From a virus (Duplodnaviria > Heunggongvirae > Uroviricota > Caudoviricetes): DNA of 64,000 nucleotides. Below are positions 9,082 through 16,919 of the stretch, piece after piece. Both the position numbers and the translations under genes were made by a program. The number at the start of each line of letters is the position of its first letter. The first letter of the stretch is position 1. The notes under the pieces are model-generated. The model saw nothing but the letters and a program-made list of their open reading frames with translations. It made no database searches and was not told the DNA's origin. The stretch spans positions 1-64,000 of IMG/VR virus record IMGVR_UViG_3300037468_000575; one strand, 5' to 3'.

Positions 9082-9264
9082 TTACTTAGATCGAAAATAA
9101 TTTCTGGCGTCGCAAAATACACCACATGTAATTTTCACAAGACATTCCTCACATGGGCACGTTTCGGCTATCGTAAAAACGGAATAGTGATATCCGCAAA
9201 AAAACCAATGTGTACATCCTTCACATCCATTCTTCACTGGAGTTACTTCTGAAATACTCATCAT
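9082..9264 (-). CDS. Cys-rich microprotein family member 5
   Basis: GCEGC...FC...TCPCEECLVKITCGVFC. Confidence 0.5.
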   Translation of the reverse strand: MMSISEVTPVKNGCEGCTHWFFCGYHYSVFTIAETCPCEECLVKITCGVFCDARNYFRSK

Positions 9265-9448
9265 GCCTCCGATTACAAATAAATTCTCTCCATATCCACC
9301 ATAGTGAACAGCTATGCATACATGTAACTTTTACAATACATTCTTGGCATGGACAACTTTCTATGTGTTCTGGATGTCGGTCACGTATGAAACATACCGA
9401 GGTGTGACAATTACTGCATAATATTTTTATTGTATCCAATTGGCTCAT
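9221..9448 (-). CDS. Cys-rich microprotein family member 6
   Basis: CSNC...VC...SCPCQECIVKVTCMHSC. Confidence 0.5.
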   Translation of the reverse strand: MSQLDTIKILCSNCHTSVCFIRDRHPEHIESCPCQECIVKVTCMHSCSLWWIWREFICNRRHDEYFRSNSSEEWM

Positions 9449-9675
9449 TTCCTTATTAATTCACTGAAGTTTTGGATGTTCTTAAACCATCTCCACGATG
9501 TTCTTGGTTCACATGCTACAGTACAATTTATTTTAATAATACATTCTTGGCATGGACAATTTTCTATTTCCTGTGGATACGTTCGATAAACCAAACACAT
9601 ATGAATTGATGGACATTCCCTACATAATGTTATAGGATTCATTTTAAATACGTCCGTCCAACAAACCATCTCCAC
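9445..9675 (-). CDS. Cys-rich microprotein family member 7
   Basis: CREC...MC...NCPCQECIIKINCTVAC; true start probably internal M (MNPITLC). Confidence 0.5.
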   Translation of the reverse strand: MEMVCWTDVFKMNPITLCRECPSIHMCLVYRTYPQEIENCPCQECIIKINCTVACEPRTSWRWFKNIQNFSELIRK

Positions 9676-9899
9676 GATGCTCGTTGGTCACATTGAATAC
9701 TACAATTTATTTTAACTATGCATTTTCGGCATGGACAATTTCTTACTTCATATGTAAATTCTTTCTGAATCAAACATTCATGAACATGTTTTAAATGAGT
9801 ACAACCATTACAACCTAGGTTTTTTTTACTTATAGTATTCATTCTGCACCTTAGTTTTAACAAACCACGACGAATATGATCTTTCTTTACATGGATCAC
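9639..9899 (-). CDS. Cys-rich microprotein family member 8
   Basis: GCNGC...EC...NCPCRKCIVKINCSIQC; start probably internal M. Confidence 0.5.
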   Translation of the reverse strand: MIHVKKDHIRRGLLKLRCRMNTISKKNLGCNGCTHLKHVHECLIQKEFTYEVRNCPCRKCIVKINCSIQCDQRASWRWFVGRTYLK

Positions 9900-10077
9900 T
9901 ACAAATCATTTTAATAATACATTCTTGGCATGGGCAAGTTTTTATATATTCTCGATAACCATTATAAATCAAACAACAATGAATTGATGGACATTCCCTA
10001 CATAATGTTATAGGATCCATTTTACTTAGACCACAACTTAGATCCAACAAACCATCGCCACGATGCTCGTTGGTCAC
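9826..10077 (-). CDS. Cys-rich microprotein family member 9
   Basis: CREC...CC...TCPCQECIIKMICSDPC; start probably internal M. Confidence 0.5.
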   Translation of the reverse strand: MTNEHRGDGLLDLSCGLSKMDPITLCRECPSIHCCLIYNGYREYIKTCPCQECIIKMICSDPCKERSYSSWFVKTKVQNEYYK

Positions 10078-10267
10078 ATAGAATAGTACAATTTATTTTA
10101 ACTATGCATTCTTGGCATGGACAATTGCCTATTTCCGTTATATAATCTCTACAAATTAAACATCCGTTCAAATGATTTAAATAATCACAACCTTTACACT
10201 CTATGTTCATATTAACTAGACCCCATTCGAAGTGTGTCAAACCATTGCAATGACATTCTGTTTTCAC
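10022..10267 (-). CDS. Cys-rich microprotein family member 10
   Basis: ECKGC...GC...NCPCQECIVKINCTILC; start probably internal M. Confidence 0.5.
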   Translation of the reverse strand: MKTECHCNGLTHFEWGLVNMNIECKGCDYLNHLNGCLICRDYITEIGNCPCQECIVKINCTILCDQRASWRWFVGSKLWSK

Positions 10268-10400
10268 AACTCCTACTACAAATTATTTTAATAATACATT
10301 CTCCACATGGACAATTTTCTATTTGGGTTGCATCATATTTCTCAATCAAACATCCATTCAAATAGTCTAAATAACTACACCCATTACAATCAGGTTTCAT
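10212..10400 (-). CDS. Cys-rich microprotein family member 11
   Basis: MKPDCNGC...GC...NCPCGECIIKIICSRSC. Confidence 0.5.
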   Translation of the reverse strand: MKPDCNGCSYLDYLNGCLIEKYDATQIENCPCGECIIKIICSRSCENRMSLQWFDTLRMGSS

Positions 10401-10410
10401 CTTAAAGATT

Positions 10411-10611
10411 TTAGCTACTCCTACGTTGTTGATCTACTTCTAACAATCGATCTGTCCAAGTCTTCTCTCTGTTGTGACATCTCTCCCAACAAGTCGTTTT
10501 TACTAAACAGTCTTTACATGGACAGTTATTTATTTCTTCTGGCCACCATGGTTCTTTAATAAGATAACAATATCCATTACTATTTAGGTTACAATTTGCA
10601 CATTCTTTCAT
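10411..10611 (-). CDS. Cys-rich microprotein family member 12
   Basis: MKECANC...YC...NCPCKDCLVKTTCWERC. Confidence 0.5.
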   Translation of the reverse strand: MKECANCNLNSNGYCYLIKEPWWPEEINNCPCKDCLVKTTCWERCHNREKTWTDRLLEVDQQRRSS

Positions 10612-10777
10612 TCACAAGCATCGATTCCCTAAGAAGTTTTCGAGCTTTACACATGTCTATACAAAGTACTTTTATTAAACATTCTGTACATGGACATAAG
10701 TATTGATAGTTTCGTTGCGAAGAAAGTAGAATACAAGCAGTGTAAATTTTTCGGAAACAGGTTTCACATGCTTCCAT
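10589..10777 (-). CDS. Cys-rich microprotein family member 13
   Basis: MEACETC...AC...LCPCTECLIKVLCIDMC. Confidence 0.5.
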   Translation of the reverse strand: MEACETCFRKIYTACILLSSQRNYQYLCPCTECLIKVLCIDMCKARKLLRESMLVNERMCKL

Positions 10778-11003
10778 TTGTTATCACCTCCAAATGAACA
10801 ATTTTACTATTATCTCCATTTGTTATGGTCTCTTCCAATATTTGGCCTGTAATCCAAAACAAAAATCGTTTACGACATACTAATGAACAAGTTGGTTTAA
10901 GGAGACATTCTATACATGGACAAAATGAGGGAATCCTCTTGTGTTCAAAAATACTACAATATTTGATTATAATAAGGTTACATCCTTGGCATTTGTTTTC
11001 CAT
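10764..11003 (-). CDS. Cys-rich microprotein family member 14
   Basis: MENKCQGC...YC...FCPCIECLLKPTCSLVC. Confidence 0.5.
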   Translation of the reverse strand: MENKCQGCNLIIIKYCSIFEHKRIPSFCPCIECLLKPTCSLVCRKRFLFWITGQILEETITNGDNSKIVHLEVITNGSM

Positions 11004-11009
11004 TATTCC

Positions 11010-11255
11010 TCAACACCACGCCGGAAGAATGGCTGTAATTTTATTCCTGTTCGAGCATAGTTTTGAACAATTGCTTTTTACAAGGCATGATTTACATGGA
11101 CAATTTTTATAGTAGATTGTAGATAATGAATGAATGGAACACCAATCCTTCAGCATTTGACTACATGTGTTGAAACATTTAATTTCATCTTCATTACTTA
11201 ACATCGGTGATTCCTCCAATACGATCTCTTGCTTTTTTATACTCAACACGTTCAA
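11010..11255 (-). CDS. Cys-rich microprotein family member 15
   Basis: CFNTC...WC...NCPCKSCLVKSNCSKLC; start probably internal M. Confidence 0.5.
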   Translation of the reverse strand: MNVLSIKKQEIVLEESPMLSNEDEIKCFNTCSQMLKDWCSIHSLSTIYYKNCPCKSCLVKSNCSKLCSNRNKITAILPAWC

Positions 11256-11490
11256 AGCTGGACCAAACTAACAGTCTGTTTGCGCATACTACAGTACAAG
11301 TTACCTTTATTATACATTGTTTACATGGACAGATTTTGAGTATTTCTAGATAGTCCATCTGCTGATAAATAAGACAATATTTGATTCCTGTTGTATCCAA
11401 CAATAGCTTGCAAGTGAGACATTCATTATGAAGTTCGTTCGATTTCTTTAACATGTCCGTGCCTCTTTCCTGTCTCCGTAATAGAATCAT
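11194..11490 (-). CDS. Cys-rich microprotein family member 16
   Basis: ECLTC...YC...ICPCKQCIIKVTCTVVC; start probably internal M. Confidence 0.5.
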   Translation of the reverse strand: MILLRRQERGTDMLKKSNELHNECLTCKLLLDTTGIKYCLIYQQMDYLEILKICPCKQCIIKVTCTVVCANRLLVWSSFERVEYKKARDRIGGITDVK

Positions 11491-11704
11491 AATATAAATG
11501 ATAAAACTTAGTTAGATATTTTATTCTGATAGTACAATTATGACTACAATTTACTTTTAGTATACAGTCTTTACATGTGCATCTCTTTACAAAGCTTGTT
11601 GATAAACTCGCAAATCGTGAATAATAACAGTGTTTAACGTGTATACATCCATAACATTCTGTAGATTGTCTGTTTGGTATAAACATCATACTTCCCATGC
11701 CCAT
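11426..11704 (-). CDS. Cys-rich microprotein family member 17
   Basis: ECYGC...HC...RCTCKDCILKVNCSHNC (CTC variant). Confidence 0.5.
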   Translation of the reverse strand: MGMGSMMFIPNRQSTECYGCIHVKHCYYSRFASLSTSFVKRCTCKDCILKVNCSHNCTIRIKYLTKFYHLYYDSITETGKRHGHVKEIERTS

Positions 11705-11877
11705 GTTCTATCTATTAGCGTATATGCAAACATTTGTCGGATAAGACATACGGAGTTACAACATACATTGATCAGACATTCTCTACATGGACACTCATCA
11801 CTCCCTGGAAAGCAGGCTATTAGACAATATTCTGTTTTAAAATGTTCTAAACATTCAGATTTACATGTTATTTCCAT
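11686..11877 (-). CDS. Cys-rich microprotein family member 18
   Basis: MEITCKSEC...YC...ECPCRECLINVCCNSVC. Confidence 0.5.
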   Translation of the reverse strand: MEITCKSECLEHFKTEYCLIACFPGSDECPCRECLINVCCNSVCLIRQMFAYTLIDRTWAWEV

Positions 11878-11883
11878 TATATC

Positions 11884-12108
11884 CTACCTCTGCATGTTAC
11901 TACGAATGTTAATATAGAAATGTTTTCTTTTATTACATACGTTTGAACACATTATTCGAACAAGACATTCTATACATGGGCAATTCTTAAACACTTTATG
12001 ATTATAATTAGTTTTTCCACAATGATTAGCAACTCCACATTCTTTTTTACATTTCGGATCATGCAACTTTTTATAAAATATCTTTGAAAAAATATTTCTT
12101 ATTATCAT
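11884..12108 (-). CDS. Cys-rich microprotein family member 19
   Basis: KCKKEC...HC...NCPCIECLVRIMCSNVC. Confidence 0.5.
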   Translation of the reverse strand: MIIRNIFSKIFYKKLHDPKCKKECGVANHCGKTNYNHKVFKNCPCIECLVRIMCSNVCNKRKHFYINIRSNMQR

Positions 12109-12308
12109 TTAAATACCATCTTGTTTTTGAATGATCGTAGTCTTATGTTTGTTGGATAATTTAGTCTACTTGGACATGCTTGAGAACATGTTATATGTAT
12201 TAAACATTCTTTACATGGACATTCCAACATTAATATGATGGAATCAATCAGTTGTGGTAGTCCACACAAAAAGGAATTTGAACAAGTATTTTGACATTTG
12301 GATTTCAT
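12105..12308 (-). CDS. Cys-rich microprotein family member 20
   Basis: MKSKCQNTC...LC...ECPCKECLIHITCSQAC. Confidence 0.5.
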   Translation of the reverse strand: MKSKCQNTCSNSFLCGLPQLIDSIILMLECPCKECLIHITCSQACPSRLNYPTNIRLRSFKNKMVFK

Positions 12309-12520
12309 TTAGGATCCTTTAGATCAATTTGATTAGTAAAAAAATGTGTTCTAGACTTACATATATTTGAACATATCATTTGTACTATACATATTTTACA
12401 TGGACAATTCTTCTTCCAAGTTGTTAAATATTTAGCATGCACGCTATACATTACACACCACTGGCTATGACTACACCTATCTTTACACCTCTCTTTATGT
12501 GTTTTTTTAGTTTGCTTCAT
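12305..12520 (-). CDS. Cys-rich microprotein family member 21
   Basis: RCKDRC...WC...NCPCKICIVQMICSNIC. Confidence 0.5.
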   Translation of the reverse strand: MKQTKKTHKERCKDRCSHSQWCVMYSVHAKYLTTWKKNCPCKICIVQMICSNICKSRTHFFTNQIDLKDPK

Positions 12521-12521
12521 A

Positions 12522-12734
12522 TTAAATATTCCTGTATTCTCCAGTTTTTAGTGCCTTGGTAATCTGCTCTTCGACAAACCTAATTCGTGGACGACACTGG
12601 TCTGAACACATTATTCGAACAATGCATTCAATACATGGACAACTACTATAATTTATGTAACCAAATCCATACTTATTTATTCCACACCAATTATTAAACC
12701 CACAGCAAGCATCACTCCCAGTACATTTTATCAT
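12522..12734 (-). CDS. Cys-rich microprotein family member 22
   Basis: MIKCTGSDACC...WC...SCPCIECIVRIMCSDQC. Confidence 0.5.
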   Translation of the reverse strand: MIKCTGSDACCGFNNWCGINKYGFGYINYSSCPCIECIVRIMCSDQCRPRIRFVEEQITKALKTGEYRNI

Positions 12735-12743
12735 TGATTTTTC

Positions 12744-12941
12744 TTAATATCCTCGTTTTTCAAAAAAATTGGAGCTAATCTTCAACCAGAAATCTTTTCT
12801 AGTTTGGCAAGTTACGATACATGTAACTTTAATAATACATTCCATACATGGACATAGGGATGTCCGATTATAGTCTTTTTCTAAATAAAATGTAATATGA
12901 CAAGGTCTATTGTAACACTGTCTACAAGTTTCACAATGCAT
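12744..12941 (-). CDS. Cys-rich microprotein family member 23
   Basis: MHCETCRQC...PC...LCPCMECIIKVTCIVTC. Confidence 0.5.
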   Translation of the reverse strand: MHCETCRQCYNRPCHITFYLEKDYNRTSLCPCMECIIKVTCIVTCQTRKDFWLKISSNFFEKRGY

Positions 12942-13156
12942 CAGCGTTTCGTCCTATTGTTTTTTTGAGGATAAATTTGTGCTCCAAATGCGAGATCTCT
13001 AAATTTCTGCCAGTAACCTCTTCTTTTACGACATGTAGTACTACAAATAACTTTTACGATGCATTCTAGACAAGGACAGCTAGTCGACATGAGGTTCGAA
13101 TACAATTTAATCTCACACTGATTGATGTTACAACTTTTAGACTGTTCACAACTCAT
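12941..13156 (-). CDS. Cys-rich microprotein family member 24
   Basis: MSCEQSKSC...QC...SCPCLECIVKVICSTTC. Confidence 0.5.
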   Translation of the reverse strand: MSCEQSKSCNINQCEIKLYSNLMSTSCPCLECIVKVICSTTCRKRRGYWQKFRDLAFGAQIYPQKNNRTKR

Positions 13157-13205
13157 ATTATATTCCTTTCTACTGATATATCAATTAATTCACTGATAGA
13201 GATTC

Positions 13206-13436
13206 TTACAGTTCTTGATACCACAACCACATCACATCTTTACGGAGGCTCCACCATAAAACATCTCTCTCTTGACATTTGACACAACAAGTTATTTTTA
13301 TAATACAATTACAACATGGACATCTGTCTGAAAAAAGTTTAGTAAACCGAACGTCACACTCGTCTTTAAGACGACCTCTGTGACAATCCAAATACTGATT
13401 ACAATAATTTATACCATTCCTATCAAAATCTTCCAT
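13206..13436 (-). CDS. Cys-rich microprotein family member 25
   Basis: YCNQYLDC...EC...RCPCCNCIIKITCCVKC. Confidence 0.5.
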   Translation of the reverse strand: MEDFDRNGINYCNQYLDCHRGRLKDECDVRFTKLFSDRCPCCNCIIKITCCVKCQERDVLWWSLRKDVMWLWYQEL

Positions 13437-13539
13437 TTCTTTATAAATTCCTTTTCAGAACTGCCTTTTATACACGTCAAATTGGTTATAACTCATATTG
13501 TCTCCATTTCTAAAAATTCAAAAAAATAACCTTTATAGA

Positions 13540-13645
13540 AGTGGAGGTCTTGATTGAGTCATAGTAGCTCTTATGCAGCTTTTTCGACCTTATGGGCACA
13601 CATAAGAATATTCCCATTCTGTCTAGACTCAAATCAAGACCTCTG
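13540..13645. repeat. 17-18-bp long-range inverted repeat enclosing a ~70-nt multi-hairpin segment
   Basis: GAGGTCTTGATTGAGTC ... GACTCAAATCAAGACCTC. Confidence 0.6.
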
Positions 13646-13678
13646 CGCCAATCGGCAACTCTGTTAGCGACGTCCGAA

Positions 13679-14101
13679 TCACAGCGGACATTCGATCGGC
13701 ACCAGCTTCCCCATGGAAGCTGAAAAACGTTGATACGGGTGTAATGTGTTTTTGTTTATTTTATCTTCATTTCTTAGTTTGATATAATGAAGATGATCCA
13801 ACAACCCAAATCCGTTAATGAAATCATAGAGATTATCCATCGTTGAAAAAGGTCCAATAATAAACTCTTTCCCATCTTTCATTGACATAATGTCAAGGTT
13901 GTGCTCTTTATTCAAATGGAGCAGCTCTTCTGCAGTGGGATAACCTAAACTAAGAATTACCCCAACATCGCGAGATACTTTTGTTGAACTAACCATATTG
14001 GAGTAAAACATATAACCCATTAGGCCTGTGAATATTAGAATACATAGAACTCCAATGCTAGAACCAGTATGCTTGTTGCGCTTGAATCGATTTGTTCTCA
14101 T
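13679..14101 (-). CDS. membrane protein (140 aa)
   Basis: TM helix IGVLCILIFTGLMGYMFY; AGGGGG RBS; promoter motif ~43 nt upstream; 3' end runs into the GC-rich island. Confidence 0.5.
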   Translation of the reverse strand: MRTNRFKRNKHTGSSIGVLCILIFTGLMGYMFYSNMVSSTKVSRDVGVILSLGYPTAEELLHLNKEHNLDIMSMKDGKEFIIGPFSTMDNLYDFINGFGLLDHLHYIKLRNEDKINKNTLHPYQRFSASMGKLVPIECPL

Positions 14102-14143
14102 TTTTTCCCCCTATGTTTAAGAATCAAATATTTCCTTCTCACA

Positions 14144-14158
14144 AATTAATATATATAG
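14144..14158 (-). promoter_or_regulatory. conserved promoter-like motif (extended TTCCTTCTCACAAATTAATATATATAGA shared with 63862-63890)
   Basis: Between terminator 14187-14216 and ATG 14101. Confidence 0.55.
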
Positions 14159-14186
14159 AAGTTCTACCATTTAAGAAACAAAAAAA

Positions 14187-14220
14187 ATGTAGTGTCTAAG
14201 GAAAGAGACACTACATTTTT
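14187..14220 (-). terminator. strong bidirectional terminator hairpin
   Basis: ATGTAGTGTCT-aaggaaag-AGACACTACAT, with A8 upstream and T5 downstream. Confidence 0.65.
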
Positions 14221-14223
14221 CTA

Positions 14224-14556
14224 TCACTTGACCTTTTGTTGGACCTTTTTCTTCACTATTTGTAATTCTTTTAGGTTGGTAAGTCGATATAAAGCTTTAA
14301 CAAGATTCTTAATATCAAGATTCTTAATATTTTGTTTCGAGTTATCTTTTAACATGATTTCATCAAGTTTGTTTATCATCGACTCTACAAAATTTTGTAT
14401 AACTAACTTTCGCAACTGATGTAGAACATCTACCTGAGATTTACAATCACATATCTCGATAAATTTTGTTAGAGCCTGTTTCTGTTGCATTAGATTTTGA
14501 CACATAACAAGAAGATCTATAAACGAGTTAGTATCTAGATCAAACTTTTTTTCCAT
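14224..14556 (-). CDS. hypothetical protein (110 aa)
   Basis: ORF followed immediately by strong hairpin terminator. Confidence 0.45.
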   Translation of the reverse strand: MEKKFDLDTNSFIDLLVMCQNLMQQKQALTKFIEICDCKSQVDVLHQLRKLVIQNFVESMINKLDEIMLKDNSKQNIKNLDIKNLVKALYRLTNLKELQIVKKKVQQKVK

Positions 14557-14858
14557 TGTTTTATAATCCTCTGGGCATTCATGACTATAGTCGCTACTGG
14601 TATTTTAACACATGGACATTCTATATAAATTAATTTCGAGTCGTAAGAAGAATAGATTCCAATTTTCTTACCAAATATATTATAACATTTCCAATGAGGA
14701 TTGGTGTTTAAGATTAAGTTGTTACTTCTAAACCGATATACCTGAAAAGGACACCGAAATTGTTTCTGATCATCGTTTCTTCTTAACCATCTTTTTATGC
14801 CTTTAATATCAGTTTTTGTTGGTTGATATTTAACGCGTTTTATTTTATTATAATTCAT
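14535..14858 (-). CDS. basic hypothetical protein (107 aa)
   Basis: ORF; contains ECPC. Confidence 0.4.
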   Translation of the reverse strand: MNYNKIKRVKYQPTKTDIKGIKRWLRRNDDQKQFRCPFQVYRFRSNNLILNTNPHWKCYNIFGKKIGIYSSYDSKLIYIECPCVKIPVATIVMNAQRIIKQWKKSLI

Positions 14859-15232
14859 ACCTTCATTTCCCTTTCTTGCCCTCTTGTTTTAATTATCATT
14901 CCAATATTGGATTCACCTTCTAGGGCTTCTGTGGTTGTGACCTTTTTCAATAACCATCGATTCAAGAAATATGCACCAACAAACAACATTGATGATACAA
15001 TAATGATCATTAGACAAACTAAGGTAATCATAAATCCTAATAACCAGGTCATGAATAGAGTTGGATCACGCATATTGAAAAACATAGCCATGTAGTATGG
15101 AATAAAAGCCAGTCCTGTACAGATGATAACTGTACTAATAAGATTCAACAAGCTTTTCAGATGTTGTATTTTCATTTTTTTCTCCATGAAATTTTGGACG
15201 GTTGCGATACCATGTAAGATATCTTCTTCCAA
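14855..15232 (-). CDS. membrane protein (125 aa)
   Basis: Two or three predicted TM helices; start uncertain because it overlaps 15135..15332. Confidence 0.45.
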   Translation of the reverse strand: MEEDILHGIATVQNFMEKKMKIQHLKSLLNLISTVIICTGLAFIPYYMAMFFNMRDPTLFMTWLLGFMITLVCLMIIIVSSMLFVGAYFLNRWLLKKVTTTEALEGESNIGMIIKTRGQEREMKV

Positions 15233-15332
15233 AGCGAAACCACTTTATGAATGAGAAATCACTTCCAATAAATACTGCTTTAAAAAAGACAAGATAGATG
15301 ACAACCTTCATTACTGATGTTAGAATATCCAT
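15135..15332 (-). CDS. small membrane protein (65 aa)
   Basis: Hydrophobic ORF adjacent to the stop of the upstream gene (15335). Confidence 0.3.
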   Translation of the reverse strand: MDILTSVMKVVIYLVFFKAVFIGSDFSFIKWFRFGRRYLTWYRNRPKFHGEKNENTTSEKLVESY

Positions 15333-15334
15333 TT

Positions 15335-15682
15335 TTATTCTTCCTCTTCCATGTTAAAATAATCTACCCATGACACTCTCTCATCTAGCAATCTCTGTAT
15401 GTCAACTTTACAAGTCTCATCTAGTTTGACTACACATAGCGACAGATTATTCTGAATTTTTCTCGGTCCTATAAATGCTAGTTCAGTATCTTCGTCAGCT
15501 GGTAGAAACAAACTTTCACCATTGTCATTACCTGGCAGAAAATCAGTTCTTCCATATTCATCGCAGATTGAATATCCGCTCAAAGGTTGGGTATGAGAGG
15601 CTAGTTTGATAGTTTGAAATGGTTGGTGATTAGAATATTCGCCATTCCAATTTTGAGATAAAGTAAATAGTAAAAGTGACAT
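15335..15682 (-). CDS. hypothetical protein, paralogue of the C-terminal half of 15777..16454
   Basis: Shared NGEY...GYSxCDEYGRTxFLPG...LFLPAxDDTExAFIG. Confidence 0.5.
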   Translation of the reverse strand: MSLLLFTLSQNWNGEYSNHQPFQTIKLASHTQPLSGYSICDEYGRTDFLPGNDNGESLFLPADEDTELAFIGPRKIQNNLSLCVVKLDETCKVDIQRLLDERVSWVDYFNMEEEE

Positions 15683-15723
15683 AAAATTCTCCTTTTATTT
15701 TGGTGAAAAAATAGGAACCTTAT

Positions 15724-15763
15724 GAACCTATAGCATACAAGTTTCAGTGTATGCTATAGGTTC
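15724..15763 (-). terminator. long perfect hairpin (15-bp stem)
   Basis: GAACCTATAGCATAC-10nt-GTATGCTATAGGTTC, directly after stop of 15777..16454; T-run 8 nt after on the minus strand. Confidence 0.45.
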
Positions 15764-15776
15764 ATCTGAGAGACCA

Positions 15777-16454
15777 TTATCGATCGATTAGTTCTTTGTT
15801 GTTTTCTTCGATTGACGGATCGTGCTTTACAACCAACCACGTTTTTTTATCGAGTTCAACCTTTTCTCCAATAAAAGCCCACTCCGTATCATCATTTGCT
15901 GGAAGAAATAGGCAGGCGTCTTCTTTATGTATTAATCCAGGAAGGAAAGAAGTTCTGCCATACTCATCACATGATGAGTACCCACGCTTTGCAGGATGAT
16001 CTTGATCAACAAATTCGATAACTTGATAAGGTATTAGGTCCGGATATTCCCCATTCACATTTTGGAACAAGTTGAACATCAAAAGTGATTCTTTTTCCAT
16101 GACTGGTTCCTCCTTGTAGTTTCGTGTTTCGAGATCTTGAGATTTTGTTGCAGCATCTACATTTTTCCAGAAGTCTCCTAAATCCGGGATCGTATCACAG
16201 AAATAAATTACAAAGAGATAATCTGGATCGCAGTGTATTGTCACATACTGTGGACCACATCCTTGATCATCATCACAAAGGTCATTATCACAAAGGTCCA
16301 GCGCGGTGATCTTCTTAAAGAACTCGAACCTCAAGCCTATTTTTGCTCCTTCTTGGATCATGACTGGAATTATCGATATAGATCTTTGACCTAGACCGCA
16401 GTTATCATCCATAGAAACATAATGTTCTTGTACTTCATGTCCCTCTATTTGCAT
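15777..16454 (-). CDS. hypothetical protein (225 aa), C-terminal domain paralogous to 15335..15682
   Basis: Same motif block; followed by 15-bp-stem hairpin. Confidence 0.55.
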   Translation of the reverse strand: MQIEGHEVQEHYVSMDDNCGLGQRSISIIPVMIQEGAKIGLRFEFFKKITALDLCDNDLCDDDQGCGPQYVTIHCDPDYLFVIYFCDTIPDLGDFWKNVDAATKSQDLETRNYKEEPVMEKESLLMFNLFQNVNGEYPDLIPYQVIEFVDQDHPAKRGYSSCDEYGRTSFLPGLIHKEDACLFLPANDDTEWAFIGEKVELDKKTWLVVKHDPSIEENNKELIDR

Positions 16455-16662
16455 TCTTCCCCTCCTTTCTCCTGGTTAAAGGTTTTTCCATACAATCCAA
16501 CAAATTTACCCTTATGCATTTCTTTCTCATGTTTTTCAAGGCTTAGTTGAGCTTCTGTAAGCGATACAAAGTCACTTTGTTCGAGATTACATAATTCACA
16601 TTTAATATATATCATCTTGATTGAAACCTCGTTTTAAAAGTATTGCTAAAAGATTTCTTCCC

Positions 16663-16680
16663 AATTATTAATATATGTAG
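16663..16680. promoter_or_regulatory. variant promoter-like motif (AATTATTAATATATGTAG)
   Basis: Lies between a small minus ORF (ATG ~16615) and the plus ORF 16731; orientation ambiguous. Confidence 0.35.
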
Positions 16681-16730
16681 ATACTATCAATTCTATTTAG
16701 AACAATTATTAAAAGAAGGGATATTCTTCC

Positions 16731-16919
16731 ATGGGAAAAGACATTGAACAGAAAACGGTACCTGGTTATTTAGTTATATGGGAAAAGGTTGGCGAGACTA
16801 CATATCGATATAGAATTCCGGGTCTTGGGTGGTTGATAAAACATGAGGACAAGCTAGTAACCAATAGTGTTGGTATTAGTATTTGTTTTATTCCAGATCC
16901 AACGGGAACATGGATTTAA
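16731..16919 (+). CDS. possible small plus-strand gene (62 aa)
   Basis: Only plus-strand ORF not overlapped by a minus gene; GAAGGGA upstream; promoter-like motif also faces it. Confidence 0.25.
   Translation: MGKDIEQKTVPGYLVIWEKVGETTYRYRIPGLGWLIKHEDKLVTNSVGISICFIPDPTGTWI

Noticed and set aside
6522-13436. CRISPR array or non-coding tandem repeat as explanation for the ~200-bp periodic Cys-rich region
   Set aside because: There are no identical direct repeats with unique spacers. Conservation is at the protein level (Cys spacing and the CPCxxC[LI][VI]K core) with variable loop lengths, which points to paralogous coding genes.
13640-13745. Possible tRNA in the GC-rich island
   Set aside because: I could not place a 7-bp acceptor stem, T-arm (no GTTCGAATC-like loop) or D-arm on either strand. 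The ACCA at 13698-13701 is not preceded by a foldable cloverleaf.
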